A stretch of DNA of 421 nt from the sequence record X15717.1, one strand, 5' to 3'. This document shows positions 1-421 of this stretch, piece by piece. Numbering within the stretch: position 1 is the first letter of the stretch; each line of letters begins with the position of its first letter. This stretch comes from a phage. Made by a program: the position numbers and the translations under genes. Below the pieces are notes generated by a model, which did no database searches, was not told the DNA's origin, and worked only from the letters and a program-made list of their open reading frames with translations.

Positions 1-22
1 AGTCCTTCAGCCGCTTAAATAA
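1..22 (+). CDS. G: 3' end of major spike protein G (5'-partial; last 6 codons plus stop)
   Basis: Reading from position 2 gives V-L-Q-P-L-K then TAA at 20-22. This matches the C-terminus of phiX174 protein G as I recall it (...CLQPLK*). It is in the same frame and strand as the downstream H gene and in the position expected from Bullavirinae gene order (F-G-H). Only 6 codons are visible, so the call depends on context. Confidence 0.6.
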
Positions 23-47
23 AAGGCTGCCGCACTCCCGGTTAGAT

Positions 48-69
48 GCCTGCCCAGTGTAGGGCAGAC
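48..69 (+). repeat. Inverted repeat / hairpin I (6-bp stem CTGCCC/GGGCAG, 6-nt loop AGTGTA)
   Basis: Bases 50-55 (ctgccc) are the exact reverse complement of 62-67 (gggcag). One further G48:C69 pair is possible across a C49/A68 mismatch. No U-tract follows. Confidence 0.6.
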
Positions 70-81
70 CGAGCCGACCCG

Positions 82-99
82 ATAAACTAGATAAACTAG
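82..99 (+). repeat. Perfect tandem direct repeat, 2 x 9 bp (ATAAACTAG ATAAACTAG)
   Basis: Positions 82-90 and 91-99 are identical (ataaactag), seen directly in the sequence. Each unit ends in the palindromic tetranucleotide CTAG. Confidence 0.9.
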
Positions 100-105
100 G
101 AACGT

Positions 106-126
106 GGAAGGCGTTAGCCGCCTTCC
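106..126 (+). repeat. Inverted repeat / hairpin II (perfect 8-bp stem GGAAGGCG/CGCCTTCC, 5-nt loop TTAGC)
   Basis: Bases 106-113 (ggaaggcg) are the exact reverse complement of 119-126 (cgccttcc), giving 6 G:C and 2 A:T pairs. The hairpin is followed 3 nt later by CTG at 130-132 and has no downstream U-tract. Confidence 0.7.
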
Positions 127-143
127 CTCCTGCTAAGCCCAAA

Positions 144-149
144 AAGGAG
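144..149 (+). promoter_or_regulatory. Shine-Dalgarno ribosome-binding site for gene H (AAGGAG)
   Basis: AAGGAG at 144-149 lies 8 nt upstream of the ATG at 158, which is canonical spacing, and sits within an A-rich context (aaaaaggag). Confidence 0.75.
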
Positions 150-157
150 TTACAGCG

Positions 158-421
158 ATGTTAGGTGCCGTTGTTGGTGGCATTGCCTCAGCCTTAGCTA
201 GTGGTGCCGCTTCGAAATTATTTGGAGGCTCTCAGCGTGGAGTTTCTGTTATGCAGCAAGGTGCCGAGTCTGCCGGATTGACTAACGGCGGCGGCGCCAT
301 TTCTATGGATAATGACCAAGGTATTCAGTCTGCTATTCAAGGCTCGAATGTTCCTCCTGCTGGTCAGCTTCCTGAGTCTCAGAACTCTGGTGTTATGGCT
401 GATGCTGGTAACATGCTTCGT
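158..421 (+). CDS. H: DNA pilot protein / minor spike protein H, N-terminal 88 codons (3'-partial, runs off window end)
   Basis: ATG at 158 with a Shine-Dalgarno site upstream, and an open frame for 88 codons to the window end. Translation: MLGAVVGGIASALASGAASKLFGGSQRGVSVMQQGAESAGLTNGGGAISMDNDQGIQSAIQGSNVPPAGQLPESQNSGVMADAGNMLR. The N-terminus aligns closely with phiX174 H as I recall it (MFGAIAGGIASALAGGAMSKLFGG... and the ...SAIQGSNVP... block). Third codon positions are strongly T-biased, as is typical of phiX-like phages. The other two + frames are closed by multiple stops. Confidence 0.93.
   Translation, partial: MLGAVVGGIASALASGAASKLFGGSQRGVSVMQQGAESAGLTNGGGAISMDNDQGIQSAIQGSNVPPAGQLPESQNSGVMADAGNMLR

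Larger units (their letters stand above)
23..157 (+). other. G-H intergenic spacer (135 nt), structured; candidate complementary (minus)-strand replication origin
   Basis: The in-frame continuation after the G stop hits another stop at 83-85, and no ORF with a ribosome-binding site is present. The spacer is visibly GC-richer than the flanking T-rich coding sequence and contains two stable hairpins (48-69, 106-126), a tandem direct repeat (82-99) and CTG trinucleotides (27-29, 50-52, 130-132). Function is inferred by analogy to DnaG-dependent origins of G4-type phages and is not proven from sequence. Confidence 0.4.

Noticed and set aside
46-90. Small + strand ORF (ATG at 46, 14 codons, MPAQCRADRADPIN*) inside the intergenic spacer
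   Set aside because: It has no Shine-Dalgarno sequence upstream, is very short, overlaps hairpin I, and has a GC-rich composition unlike the phage coding regions. It is most likely a chance ORF in a structural non-coding region.
80-105. Possible sigma70 promoter (-10-like TAGATA/ATAAAC within the tandem repeat) driving H
   Set aside because: There is no convincing -35 element at appropriate spacing upstream, since the region is GC-rich (ccgagccgaccc). phiX-like phages are not known to have a promoter immediately before H. The AT-rich hexamers are better explained by the tandem repeat itself.
48-126. Hairpins as rho-independent transcription terminators following gene G
   Set aside because: Neither hairpin is followed by a U/T-rich tract (hairpin I is followed by cgagccgaccc and hairpin II by ctcctgctaagccc). 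Weak or non-canonical termination after G cannot be excluded, but the sequence does not support a classic intrinsic terminator call.
221-421. Reverse-strand reading frame that is codon-aligned with H and free of stops from the window end back to about position 221
   Set aside because: Antisense open frames opposite strongly codon-biased genes are a common artifact. H uses no TTA, CTA or TCA codons in this stretch, so the mirror frame is automatically open. Microvirus genes are all encoded on the viral (+) strand, and no start codon with a ribosome-binding site was identified on the minus strand.
158-421. Overlapping genes in alternative + frames within H (as seen for B, K and E elsewhere in microvirus genomes)
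   Set aside because: Both alternative + frames contain multiple stops throughout the window (for example TAG at 162, 195 and 199, TAA at 283 and 310, TGA at 279 and 313), leaving no room for an embedded ORF of meaningful length.
1-421. A novel or undescribed system (defence, toxin-antitoxin, CRISPR or mobile element) in this window
   Set aside because: The entire window is accounted for by two recognisable microvirus structural genes and an origin-like spacer. There are no CRISPR-like repeats, no terminal inverted repeats of an insertion sequence, and no unexplained ORFs.

Overview
This window reads as the gene G / gene H junction of a phiX174-like ssDNA coliphage (family Microviridae, subfamily Bullavirinae), all on the + strand. 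It holds the last 6 codons of a major spike protein G-like CDS (1-22), a 135-nt structured non-coding spacer (23-157), and the first 88 codons of the DNA pilot protein H (158-421, continuing past the window end), preceded by a Shine-Dalgarno site. The spacer is far longer than the few-nucleotide G-H gap I recall for phiX174 and carries two GC-rich hairpins, a perfect 9-bp tandem repeat and a CTG just 3' of the stronger hairpin. My best interpretation is a DnaG-primase-dependent complementary-strand origin of the kind described for the alpha3/St-1/phiK group, which is an inference from architecture, not a demonstrated match. I do not see evidence for a novel or undescribed system in this window; it looks like ordinary microvirus structural-gene territory with an origin-like spacer. 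All homology statements rest on my recollection of phiX174 protein sequences and should be confirmed by database search.
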